Translations under genes and position numbers: made by a program
Source: Octopus sinensis
Taxonomy: Eukaryota
NCBI RefSeq assembly: GCF_006345805.1
Contig: NW_021832549.1
Coordinates: forward strand, 1-60,707
Reading direction: 5' to 3'
Length of the DNA stretch: 60,707 bases
Shown: positions 51,882 to 60,707 of the stretch, in pieces
How positions within the stretch are numbered: position 1 is the stretch's first letter
Layout of the letters: every line of letters starts with the position of its first letter
The notes under the pieces: generated by a model
What the model was told of the DNA's origin: nothing
The model's input: only the letters and a program-made list of their open reading frames with translations
Database searches by the model: none

Positions 51882-54800
51882 ATAAACAGATACGTGCATA
51901 TGCATATGTACACACACACACACACACATGCATATATATATATAAACGCTAATAGCACCAGTAAGAAAGCCACTATGGCTGCTACCACAACACACCACCA
52001 TTACCACCGCCCTCACCATCACCACTACCACAGTCATCATCACTGCCACTACCACCACCACTGCTACTACTATTACTATCCCACAATGCACCATGACCAC
52101 CACCACTGTCACTATATTAACTTGTCTGTTGTTATGTTTCTCTCTCCGCAGGTCAGCACCCATGGCTACTCCCAGAACCAGATTTTAGTGTGGAAATACC
52201 CAGGTCTTGTCCAGATAGCAAAACTTACCGGTCATTCCTACAGGGTCCTTTATTTGGTAAGTGTGTTGAGGTTAAGGAACCACCCCTGGTTCAGTACAGT
52301 CCTATTGGGTGTCGGGGTAGCTCCATTCCCTGCCAAACTGAAGTTACAGTCCAGCAGCCCCTACTTGGCTGCAAGTGAGTAGGACAACTGTTTTTGACTG
52401 GTCACCATGGTGAGTGGGTGGGTGGGTGGGGGGAACTGTGGGTTCCCCTTGAGAAGTGAAACCCCAACCCAGATCTTTGACTGTACTGTCAGTTTGTGTG
52501 AAGCATGAGACCCCCCACATCTCATGTATCTGTGGTATGATGTGTGTTGCCCCAGAACTGTGGCCTTGATGTGTGTCTGTCCCTGTTTAGGGATTGGTAA
52601 TTGCTCTGAGCTTGTCAGATCTCAGGGTCTTGGTCCAAAACTTGAAATACAGGACTGGCCTTCATGAGGGTGAAGATGCGTGGCTTAGAGGTTAGGGTGT
52701 TTGGCTCATGATTGTAAGGACGTGAGTTCAGTTCCTTGTTGTGCATTGTGTGCTTGAGCAAGACACTTTATTTCACTTTATTGTTCCAGTCCAATCAGCT
52801 GGCAAAAGTGAGTTGTACCTGTAATTCAACAGGGGCCAGCCTTGTCACATTTTGTGTCACACTGAATCTACCTGAGAACTGCGTTAAGGGTATGCGTGTC
52901 TGTGGAATTCCACATGTTAATTTCACGAACAGGCTGTCCTGTTGATTAAACCACCTGGAATGCTCATTGCCATAACTGATGGAGGGCCAGGTGTTGTTTG
53001 TGTTGTGGAAAGAGACTAAGCTGAAATGTATCAACGAAGACCCTTAAGGGCTGTGTTTGTATATCCTAACCCTAACCCTGAATGTGTATGAGGCGGGTTA
53101 AGAAGGAAAAAAAAATGATGGGGGTCATACCAGAATAGAAGTGTGTGTGAGTGTAATGACAGGCGACTGTGTTTAACCCTTTCGTTACTGTATTTATTTT
53201 AAGATGCTCTGTGTTTCTTTCAATTACTTTAAATATAAGAAAGAATTTAGTAAAATGACTTCGTTATCGTTAAGCTAGTGTTAGGAACATAAATTGTGAC
53301 TAAGGTTTGGTGGAAGATTTTAATTGAGAACTTATGAAAACAAGACATTTGTATTACAGAGCCAGAGGTGGTTTCAGCCAGGTTGGTATCGAAACGGTTA
53401 AACACAATTCTACATTTGGGCAGATGCACATTAGAAGCAGTTGGAAGGGTGTGCATTGAAGGAAATTTAGGCTATTATTTCTAGCATATAGAGTGACCAC
53501 ATTGTGGTCTCCTTTTCTTCTTAATCCTTTTCTTACCATATTTCTGTTGAGATGCTCCGTGTCTCTTTCAATTAATCTTAAATATAAACAAAGAATTTAG
53601 TAAAATAACTTCGTTATCATTAAACAAGTGTTAGGAACATAAATTGTGACTAAAGTTTGGTGGAAGATTTTAATTGAGAACTTATGAAAACAAGACATTT
53701 GTACAACAGAGCCAGAAGTGGTTTCAGCCAGGTTGGTATCAAAAGGGTTAACGAACAGAGGAAATAGTGAGGGTGATATGAGAGAACCTTGGGGGGTGGG
53801 GACAGCATTCAGATGCTTCTGTCCAAAATAAGGCTTATTTATTTATATTGTTTTTTTTCTCTTAGCTTCTAGATTTCGATGATGTGATTGTTTATTTCTA
53901 GACTGACATTGTGGGGTAAGTGTGAGAGGCCAGACCTGGTTAATGAGGTCATCTGGTTGGAAGATGCTGGTGTGTTTAATAACAGATGGATAGGACCTAT
54001 GAGGAGGTGGTTCAATAGAGTGGCTGTCATACTAGATACAGTGGGGGGGGGGGTTATTTGGTGGGGTGGTCATGGTTGATAGTGGAACAACAAAGCTTTC
54101 TCTTTCAAAGGTAATGACCTCTGGTGGGGATTGAGAGAGATTAGGGGTTTGATAGATGTGATGTGGGGAATCACTTAGGTGAGTGGCAGGGTATGGGAGG
54201 TAGTCTCTGAAATGGGACACATACTGGGATGGTAGGTAGGACCCCATAAATATAGGAACTACTTGTGAAGCCAGTGTAAAGACTGGGACTGGGGAGGGAC
54301 AATTAAGGGCATTTTCTAACCCCATCTGCATGTAGTGGGGGTGGATGAAGTGTTTAATAAATGTAGGGGGGACTTGGGTGTGTGGTATATTGTTTGTGGA
54401 ATTGTCTAGGTTTGAAGGGTCCACTGGACCTGTTTTAGGGTGGGGTGAGGATGTGAAACTTGTCTTGTGGGTTGTCCTTTCCTCTATCTCTGTCATGTGT
54501 TGGTGGAGGGTTCAATATTGGCTGATGCTGATGACATCGCTTGCAGAAGTGAGACTGAGAGAAAGAAGTGTGCGGTGTTTGGCTGGATGGATGTTAACGT
54601 GGCCCATGGAGTGACCACCCTCTCCCAACCGTTTTCTCTGTTGTTTCCAACTGTCCCTTTCATTATTGCAGGCGATGTCTCCTGATGGTGAGGCCATCGT
54701 CACAGGGGCCGGTGATGAAACACTCAGATTTTGGAATGTTTTCAGCAAAACACGTTCAACAAAGGTGAGAATCTAACAAAACCACTTTGATAATGCTCTG

Positions 54801-56265
54801 CAAAGAGCCATTTCGTTATTTGTTTTGATGTCTGTCTGTTCGTCCATGGACGAACAGTCATTTAATTGTGATCCAGGGTTTATAGCTGGATGTTGTTCCT
54901 GTCACCAACCCTCACCTGTTTTTCAAGGGAGAAAATTTTATATTCTAATCAGTTTGTACCTGTCACGAGGCCAGACATCCTTCAAAGTTTCATCCGAATC
55001 CATCCAGAGGTTCTTGAGATGTCTTATCCATGGACAAACAAACAAACATGACTGGAAACAATACCTCTGCCTTCGCTAAGGCAGAAGTAATAATATAATA
55101 ATAATCATCATCATCATCATCGTTTAACATCCGTTTTCCGCACTAGCACAAGTTGGACGGTTCGACCGGGGATCTGGGAAGCCAGGGGCTGCACCAGGCT
55201 CCAGTCTGATCTGGCAGTGTTTCTACAGCTGGATGCCCTTCCTAACGCCAACCACTCCGCGAGTGTAGTGGGTGCTTTTAACGTGCCACCAGCACAGGTG
55301 CCAGGAGAGTCTGGCATTGGCCACGATCGGGTGGTGCTTTTAACGTGCCACCAGCACGGAAGCCAGTCAAAGCGGCGCTGGCATCGGCCACGTTTGGATG
55401 GTCCTTTTTATGTGCCACCGGCACAGAAGCCAGTCGAGGCAGCGCTGGCATTGGCCACGTTCGGATGGTGCTTTTTACATGCCACCGGCGCAGAAGCCAG
55501 TCAAGGCGGCGCTGGCATTGGCCACGTTCGGATGGTGCTTTTTATGTGCCACCGGCACAGAAGCCAGTCAAGGCGGCACTGGCATCACCCACGTTCGGAT
55601 GGTGCTTTTTATGTGCCACCGGCACAGAAGCCAGTCGAGGCGGCGCTGGCATCGGCCACGTTCGGATGGTGCTTTTTATGTGCCTAATAATAATAATAAT
55701 AATAATAATGAAATTATTGTGTACAGTGCTCAGGTGCACCGCAACTCGTCAAAGGTGCATGTACAGTACATAGAATTATGTATAAAAGTCAGGGAAGTGA
55801 ACAGTATGTGAGTCATGATATACATGTGTGCATGCGTATGGAGTGGTGGGGATATCAGATTTTGTGTTGGTGAATTTCAGGAAAGATGGAGGATTTAAAG
55901 GATGCAATGTCTCGGCAACTAACAACTGATGCAGGTAGTTTGTTCCATGCTTCAGCGACTCTGAGTGTGAAGAAATGTTTCCGAAAGTCATGGGAGCTGT
56001 GCTGTTTTCTGACTTTGTAGGCATGCTCACATGTGTGTTAGACACACAAAGCCCCAAAAGGTGCTCAAAGTGGTTGTAGGTGTGATGCTTAATAATTTTG
56101 CAGGTGTTTTACCAAATCAGTTTTTTTTGTTTTTCTGTAAATTCGAACAGTATATACCCCCCCCCTCCAATATATGACTGTATACACACCATTATAAACA
56201 CTTCTCTTTCTTTCCTTTTGCAGGAATCTAAATCAGTGTTGAATTTATTCACCCGTATCAGATGA
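40230..56265 (+). CDS. FZR1: Fizzy-related protein / Cdh1 (APC/C co-activator), 13 coding exons, 483 aa
   Basis: The spliced CDS is 1452 nt and all introns are GT-AG. It has the N-terminus [12 protein letters not shown], the C-box [35 protein letters not shown], a WD40 propeller and the IR tail LNLFTRIR*. These are diagnostic of Cdh1/Fzr rather than Cdc20. Confidence 0.97.
40563..41318 (-). mobile_element. Helitron PIF1-like helicase C-terminal fragment in the intron after FZR1 coding exon 1
   Basis: Uninterrupted ORF with AILAPKN, PPHxLxLKVGxPVMLLRN, [25 protein letters not shown] and [12 protein letters not shown] motifs. Confidence 0.92.
41359..41396 (+). ncRNA. Hammerhead-like motif with CCGA core variant, part of a fold-back element
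   Basis: CTGT-CCGATGA-ACG GCAA CGG-GAAACT CAG AGTA-ACAG. Confidence 0.5.
41448..41850 (+). mobile_element. tRNA-derived SINE family A (~400 bp, internal microsatellite)
   Basis: Head ggcgcaggagtggctg.ctggtaag..gggttcagtccc and body gcaccttgggcaagtgtctt. Other copies at about 7305-7668(-), 12205-12591(-), 14682-15018(+), 23555-23755(+), 33255-33450(+), 37360-37745(+), 39765-40140(+) and 59140-59297(-). Confidence 0.85.
42002..42112 (+). CDS. FZR1: FZR1 coding exon 2 (contains C-box DRFIPSR)
   Basis: [37 protein letters not shown]; AG/GT boundaries. Confidence 0.95.
43307..43529 (+). mobile_element. tRNA-derived SINE family B (~225 bp)
   Basis: gagctggcagaatcattagc...gagttcaaattcc (B box). 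Other copies at about 18040-18195(-), 26340-26550(-), 26640-26830(-), 45988-46200(+), 47020-47237(-), 47843-48052(-), 48300-48440(-) and 59543-59771(-). Confidence 0.85.
43608..43736 (+). CDS. FZR1: FZR1 coding exon 3
   Basis: [43 protein letters not shown]; AG/GT. Confidence 0.93.
43992..44051 (+). CDS. FZR1: FZR1 coding exon 4
   Basis: [20 protein letters not shown]; AG/GT. Confidence 0.9.
44296..44397 (+). CDS. FZR1: FZR1 coding exon 5
   Basis: [34 protein letters not shown]; AG/GTAAGT. Confidence 0.95.
44502..44708. mobile_element. Fold-back/MITE-like element, ~95-bp near-perfect inverted arms with an 11-nt spacer, in a TA/TG microsatellite
   Basis: tatttagggctaaaaaaccactagg... / ...cctagtggttttttagccctaaata; single-arm copy at about 9057-9150; short relative with a 15-bp IR at 11275-11348. 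Confidence 0.8.
45245..45400 (+). CDS. FZR1: FZR1 coding exon 6
   Basis: [52 protein letters not shown]. Confidence 0.97.
46252..46572. mobile_element. TA-flanked MITE (Tc1/mariner-like)
   Basis: TIR tacaagtactgaacctcttatctgg / ctggataagaggtttggtacctgta. Confidence 0.6.
47237..47830 (+). mobile_element. R4/Dong-like REL endonuclease 3' fragment (frameshifted); further decayed copy at about 46580-46960
   Basis: [15 protein letters not shown]...WDFDFQTDK....RKPDIV...IIDV; ends near (TAA)n. Confidence 0.8.
48474..48539 (+). CDS. FZR1: FZR1 coding exon 7
   Basis: [22 protein letters not shown]; AG/GTGAGT. Confidence 0.96.
48545..48835 (+). repeat. Polypyrimidine (CCT/CAT-rich) minisatellite in the intron after FZR1 coding exon 7
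   Basis: Repeated cttccctcctcagcatcctcatcttcccc units. Confidence 0.8.
48993..49095 (+). CDS. FZR1: FZR1 coding exon 8
   Basis: [34 protein letters not shown] +1 nt. Confidence 0.96.
49316..49437 (+). CDS. FZR1: FZR1 coding exon 9
   Basis: (G)[40 protein letters not shown]. Confidence 0.96.
50135..50640 (-). mobile_element. CR1-clade LINE 3' fragment, second family, (TAAC)n tail
   Basis: [25 protein letters not shown]...[13 protein letters not shown]. Confidence 0.88.
51334..51630 (+). CDS. FZR1: FZR1 coding exon 10
   Basis: [25 protein letters not shown]...[41 protein letters not shown] (99 aa). Confidence 0.97.
52152..52256 (+). CDS. FZR1: FZR1 coding exon 11
   Basis: [35 protein letters not shown]. 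Confidence 0.97.
54672..54764 (+). CDS. FZR1: FZR1 coding exon 12
   Basis: [31 protein letters not shown]. Confidence 0.97.
55105..55685 (-). mobile_element. RTE 3'UTR insertion with an expanded 67-bp minisatellite (about 5.5 copies, 55320-55685)
   Basis: Unit starts at 55454, 55521 and 55588. Confidence 0.88.
56224..56265 (+). CDS. FZR1: FZR1 coding exon 13 with IR tail
   Basis: [13 protein letters not shown]; acceptor tttccttttgcag. Confidence 0.96.
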   Translation, partial: ESKSVLNLFTRIR

Positions 56266-57060
56266 TGTCTGCCCCACCAACGGCCCCTGCAGCTTCACCA
56301 CCACCACCACCACCATCATTCTGTTGATGCTGCTGCTGCTGCTGTTCTCATTGTTACCGTGGTTACTACAATGTTCAGTTTCCTAGCAACGAACAGTCTG
56401 ACAACTCCTCCCCCTTCTTCTTCCTCCCTCATCCAACTGACTGTTTTATTTATTGTGCAAAGAGGGTGACAGTGGTGGGGGGGGACTGTTGCCATGGATA
56501 CTCTGTCTCTGTCTGTCTGTCTGTCTGTCTGCTGCAGCATCTTCATCGTCATTATCATTTGCCTCTTCTCCATCCCACCCCCCTCTTGTTTCCCCTGACA
56601 AACATCCAGAGATATGTACTTGGGTGTGTGTGTGTGTGTGTGTGTGCATGTATGTGTTTATACACACACACATGTGCACTTACATACACACATACACTAT
56701 TTATAAAAATTTCAGGGGTTTTGGCTTTAGTACTGGGGTGACAACATTGGCTCCCTCACCCACACACTGGTACACACACACACACACAGTTGGATCATAA
56801 ACATACACACACACACACACACACGGCTAACACTTTCGTTTATATATATTAACATATATATTTATATACTCGCATGTAATTCTATTATATACACACACAC
56901 ACATGAATGCACACACACACACACACACATACACACACACACAACACACACACACACACACAACACACACACACACACACACAGTCAGTGTCCCACAAGT
57001 CTCTCAGTATTGATTTTGATAAATTTTTATTTACTGTTTTACTTTTGAGGAATCATTGCC

Positions 57061-57092
<32 letters not shown>

Positions 57093-57339
57093 CTATTTAT
57101 ATACACCCACTCGCTCATGCAGAGTGACAAAAAAACAAACAAAAACTGCCACAAAATGCTAAGCCAACATATCACGCCCCTCCCTCCTTCATCCTCCTCC
57201 TCCTCATCATCATCACCATCATCACCTTGATGTCTGTGTGTCCAGCAAAGGTCGGTGCAGTTGTACCCGGGAGAAGGGTCATTTCCCCACTCCCTCCTCT
57301 ACTGTACTATATCAAGAAAATGTAAATTAATAATTAATA

Positions 57340-57345
57340 ATTAAA
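57340..57345 (+). terminator. Candidate FZR1 polyadenylation signal (ATTAAA) with T/GT-rich downstream sequence
   Basis: ATTAAA followed by tgttgtt...ctttctgtttttc, just before interspersed repeats resume. Confidence 0.3.
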
Positions 57346-57419
57346 TACATCAAATGTTGTTAACGACTTTCTGTTTTTCATTGAGTTCTGGTGGCACCCT
57401 CCTGGGGTCCTACAAGATT

Positions 57420-57710
57420 TGTCATCGTTGTTTAGCCTTGGGTCAGTCCTGATACAGCAGATCTATGATCAAAGATGTTTCAGCCATGACCATTCCATCT
57501 TTTATTCTGGCATAGTGTATCTAGGACTACTTTATCTAATACGTCCTTCCTTTAACCCCAGATCAGTGCTGATCCAGACAGAGCTATGATTAAAGGTTTT
57601 CCAGCCAAGACCATCCTATAATGTACCTAGGGCTACATTAGCTTATATATCTTTAAGACAGTACAGTATTATCTGAGGGGAATTTGGATGTTATTTCTAG
57701 CCTATTGAGT
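57420..57710 (-). repeat. Unclassified interspersed repeat (aatagcagccaaat...ctagatacact...ctggaacatctttgatc...ggctaaacaac)
   Basis: Recurs at about 4590-4850, 5060-5250, 6240-6320, 14310-14430, 33490-33990, 44100-44240 and 49140-49300. Confidence 0.7.
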
Positions 57711-58249
57711 GGTCACATTGTTAATAACGGTGTGGGAATGGCATCCTCAGTCTTGCGTCTCTCGTCAGTTTAGAATCCAATTTCCTAAAGTTGTCTGAGT
57801 TATTAAGAAATTCATGAATTAATGTAATTAATGTTGGAAGTTCTTCCTGGGTTTAGAAGGCAAAATGTGAATAAATAGGCAAATTAATAGGCAAAATGTG
57901 AATAAATAATCGTTACATTTGACAGAATAATCCGAATGGTAAACAGTTAAATTAAAGATTTTAAAGAGAATTTCTGAGACTCAGACACCTACTTTTCATT
58001 GTATGAATGTCACAAGATCCTTAATAGGGACACAGTTAAAGTTAGCTATATACACCTAACCAACATAGGCTCAGTCTTCAGTAACAATAGCATCAAGAAT
58101 ATCCCATATTGACATTGTAACTAGATTTCCCAATAACTGTCCCTTGAATAAGTACCTGGAAAAAAACTGATTTACAAGGCCCCAACCATGAACAGATGGG
58201 ATTACAAAATCTTGGAATGATGAAATGCCTTCAAGGAAAAATAGACACA

Positions 58250-58420
58250 GGACTTGGCTTCATTTAGAGATACGAATAAAAGGCATGCAGTATCTTTGTG
58301 CAAAAGAGTATGTGGACGACCCCGCTCTCATAAACTGGAGCACCGTAGTCAAGGTGAGCAAATATAAGCTGATACAATCTGTGTATCACAGAAATGAAAT
58401 ATAACCCCCCCAACAGTGCA
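58250..58420 (-). mobile_element. Possible decayed LINE RT C-terminal fragment
   Basis: LYQLIFAHLDYGAPVY resembles the LY..LIRS.LDYG..VY motif. Confidence 0.4.
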
Positions 58421-59030
58421 TATTTTGAACATTGAGGAAGAAACATTCTCTCCTTGCTTACAAAAGCAACAGTATACACTTACATCCAGGAAAGTGCACC
58501 AACCAACCATGGGACTCGAACCTATATCTCTCAAAGACAACAGCTAAGTGCTTTACCATTAAGCTAAACTGCCCGCTGACAAATTCACCGCCGAATTTAG
58601 ACGCTAAATACTTTAGCTTTATGGGGCAATCATCATCATCATCATCATCATCATCGTTTAACGTCCGCTTTCCATGCTAGCATGGGTTGGACGATTTTGG
58701 CTGAGGGCTGGCAAACCAGATGGCTGCACCAGGTTCCAATCTTGATCTGGCAGAGTTTCTACAGCTGGATGCCTTTCCTAACGCCAACCACTCCGAGAGT
58801 GTAGTGGGTGCTTTTACGTGCCACCGGCACAGGTTCCAGGGGCGTCTGGCATCGGCCACGATCGGTTGGTGCTTTTAATGTGCCACCGGCACGGGTGTGT
58901 GTAAAAATGTAAACAAACAAATACACTTAATAATAAATAATTTCTGTAAGTATGTATAATTCGAACTTGATGAGTATATTACAACAAGCCAGCCGACATC
59001 ATAGATCTCTTCTGAGATGTCTTTATCAAT

Positions 59031-59075
59031 GTACCTGAAGAGACCCACACTGATGAGTCGAAACATAAGTTGTAC
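59031..59075 (+). ncRNA. Minimal type I hammerhead ribozyme motif
   Basis: GTAC-CTGAAGA-GAC..GTC-GAAAC-ATAA-GTT-GTAC, followed by AATAAA at 59078. Confidence 0.62.
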
Positions 59076-60084
59076 TCAATAAAAGTCTTAATACGAAATC
59101 CATTTCCTATTATTAATACTGTATATATATGTGTGAGATGGGCTTCTTACAGTTTCTGTTTAGCAAATCCACTCACAAGACTTTGGTCAATCCGAGACTA
59201 TAGCAGAAGACACTTGCCCATGGTGTCATGTAGTAGGACTGAACCCGAAACCATGTAGATAGGACGCAAACTTCTGACCACACAATCACTCCTGCGCCCA
59301 TCCAAAACGGACATTGGGACACGAACCCACACCTCTTAGTTTCGCCGTAAGTGTGCTGATCGATCACAATATTACATTCGGAGGGGGAACATATTTATGG
59401 ATGAACAACCAAGCACACGATAGATCAATGTCTATATTCACCTGGGTCTGAAGACGATCATATATTTACATTACAGACAAGCGCGCGCACACACACGCAC
59501 ACATACACACACACATACACGCATACACATATACATATATATTTCTTTACTACCCACAAGGGGCTAAACACAGAGGGGACAAACAAGGACAGACAAAGGG
59601 ATTAAGTCGATTATATCGACCCCAGTGTGTAACTGGTACTTTATTTATCGACCCCGAAAGGATGAAAGGCAAAGTCGACCTCGGCGGAATTTGAACTCGG
59701 AACGTAACGACAGACGAAATACGGCTACGCATTTCGCCCGGCGTGCTAACGATTCGGCCAGCTCACCGCCTTTGCATATATACATATACACACACAAATA
59801 CACATGCATGCACTCACACGGTAAATAGGGTGAGTGTGTGCGTATATGCCCATATAAGTGAAAGGTATGAATGTGTGTGTGGAGAAGGATGGTGAAAAGC
59901 GACGTGTGTGTGTGTGTGTAAGTTGTGTGAATGTATTGAGAGGATGTGGGTAAGTGTAGGGGGGAAGGTAGATGGTCTACAATTGGGGCTGCAGGTAAGA
60001 AGATGAGATTAGAGGAATTGGTGAATAATTTTGGAAAAGGTGGCAGAAAATGCAAGATGGAAAAATGGAGGTAAAGAATTTAAA

Positions 60085-60360
60085 GCATGGAGTATATACG
60101 TTCGGTGAGAGAAAGGAAGCTTCGGTTCCATATGAAAGAGAAAGGTGAGGGATCTTGTGCATGGGACCTAGACCAAGAAGTGTTTGAGAGGAGCGAAAGT
60201 GTCGAGAGACAGGTGACCCATTCCCAAGTTGAATGTCTAATAGATACTCCGCGAGTCTATCTGACAGTTCGAGATACTTTGCAGCACATATGAGACATTG
60301 TAGGAGTTGCAGCCGGATATTTGATCCTATGACATCGGAAATTCGGCGTCATTATCTATA
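60085..60360 (-). pseudogene. Possible decayed Penelope-like GIY-YIG endonuclease remnant
   Basis: The minus frame reads LQCLICAAKYLELSDRLAEYLLDIQLGNGSPVSRHFRS, resembling the R(F/L)xEH..DI....PV.RHF motif of PLE endonucleases. Confidence 0.5.
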
Positions 60361-60707
60361 CTTTTGTTTTGCGTGCGCACGTGTGGTGTGTATATATATA
60401 TATATATATTATATATATATATATATCACAAGAAATGGAGATAAGGAAGTTAATCTCAGCAGATATCGAACAATGCTTTTGTTAAAGTCGTGAAATTGTA
60501 ATGATCTTCCAACGATAACTGACGAGGAAAGATCATGTTCATGTCTTGTTTTCCGTTTGTTCCTTTGTCGGTCCTCTGTTTCAATTTTGGTCTCTTAGGT
60601 TTATATATATATACCGGAGTAAACACATAAATGTGAAACAAGGTGGAAAAAAAGAGTACTCAAATACCAGAGGTAGAGTAATATGCTTTATTTAAAGCAG
60701 CAGAAAA

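Noticed and set aside
51780-52382. 200-aa His-rich ORF
   Set aside because: Intronic CAC/TAC repeats happen to stay open in frame with FZR1 exon 11; the proper acceptor is at 52151 and the donor at 52257
53064-53080. Telomere-like CCCTAA/TTAGGG pieces (also about 25626-25645)
   Set aside because: Only two units; too short to indicate an interstitial telomere
55217-55811. Three overlapping repetitive ORFs (156, 142 and 137 aa)
   Set aside because: A by-product of the stop-poor 67-bp RTE minisatellite
60519-60560. CTGACGA with a GGAAA/TTTCC stem
   Set aside because: The stem is followed by GTTTG rather than GAAA; incomplete core

Overview
Eukaryotic, microsatellite- and transposon-rich genomic DNA. 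The SINE/RTE repeat families and the (TA)n/(CA)n density point to a cephalopod, most likely Octopus (inference). Two multi-exon genes were spliced by hand with GT-AG boundaries and continuous frames. (1) A ciliary CFAP144/FAM183-family gene on the minus strand: 4 coding exons, 19216->704, 133 aa, almost invisible in the ORF track, with an RFX X-box 163 nt upstream of its ATG. (2) fizzy-related/FZR1 (Cdh1, APC/C co-activator) on the plus strand: 13 coding exons, 40230->56265, 483 aa, with a probable non-coding first exon near 24457-24587. The two genes are divergent. The rest is a ~2.8-kb 50-bp satellite, tRNA-derived SINEs, RTE, CR1 and REL-type LINE fragments, Helitron pieces, TTAA- and TA-flanked MITEs and a possible Penelope GIY-YIG remnant. 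The most unusual signal is a set of fold-back elements inserted in (TA)n tracts that carry hammerhead-ribozyme cores: a ~250-nt hairpin family with a CCGA-variant core at its apex, a perfect 471-bp palindrome with an intact minimal hammerhead in each arm, and a further minimal hammerhead at 59031-59075. Exon coordinates were counted base by base; most repeat boundaries are approximate. No database search or folding program was run.
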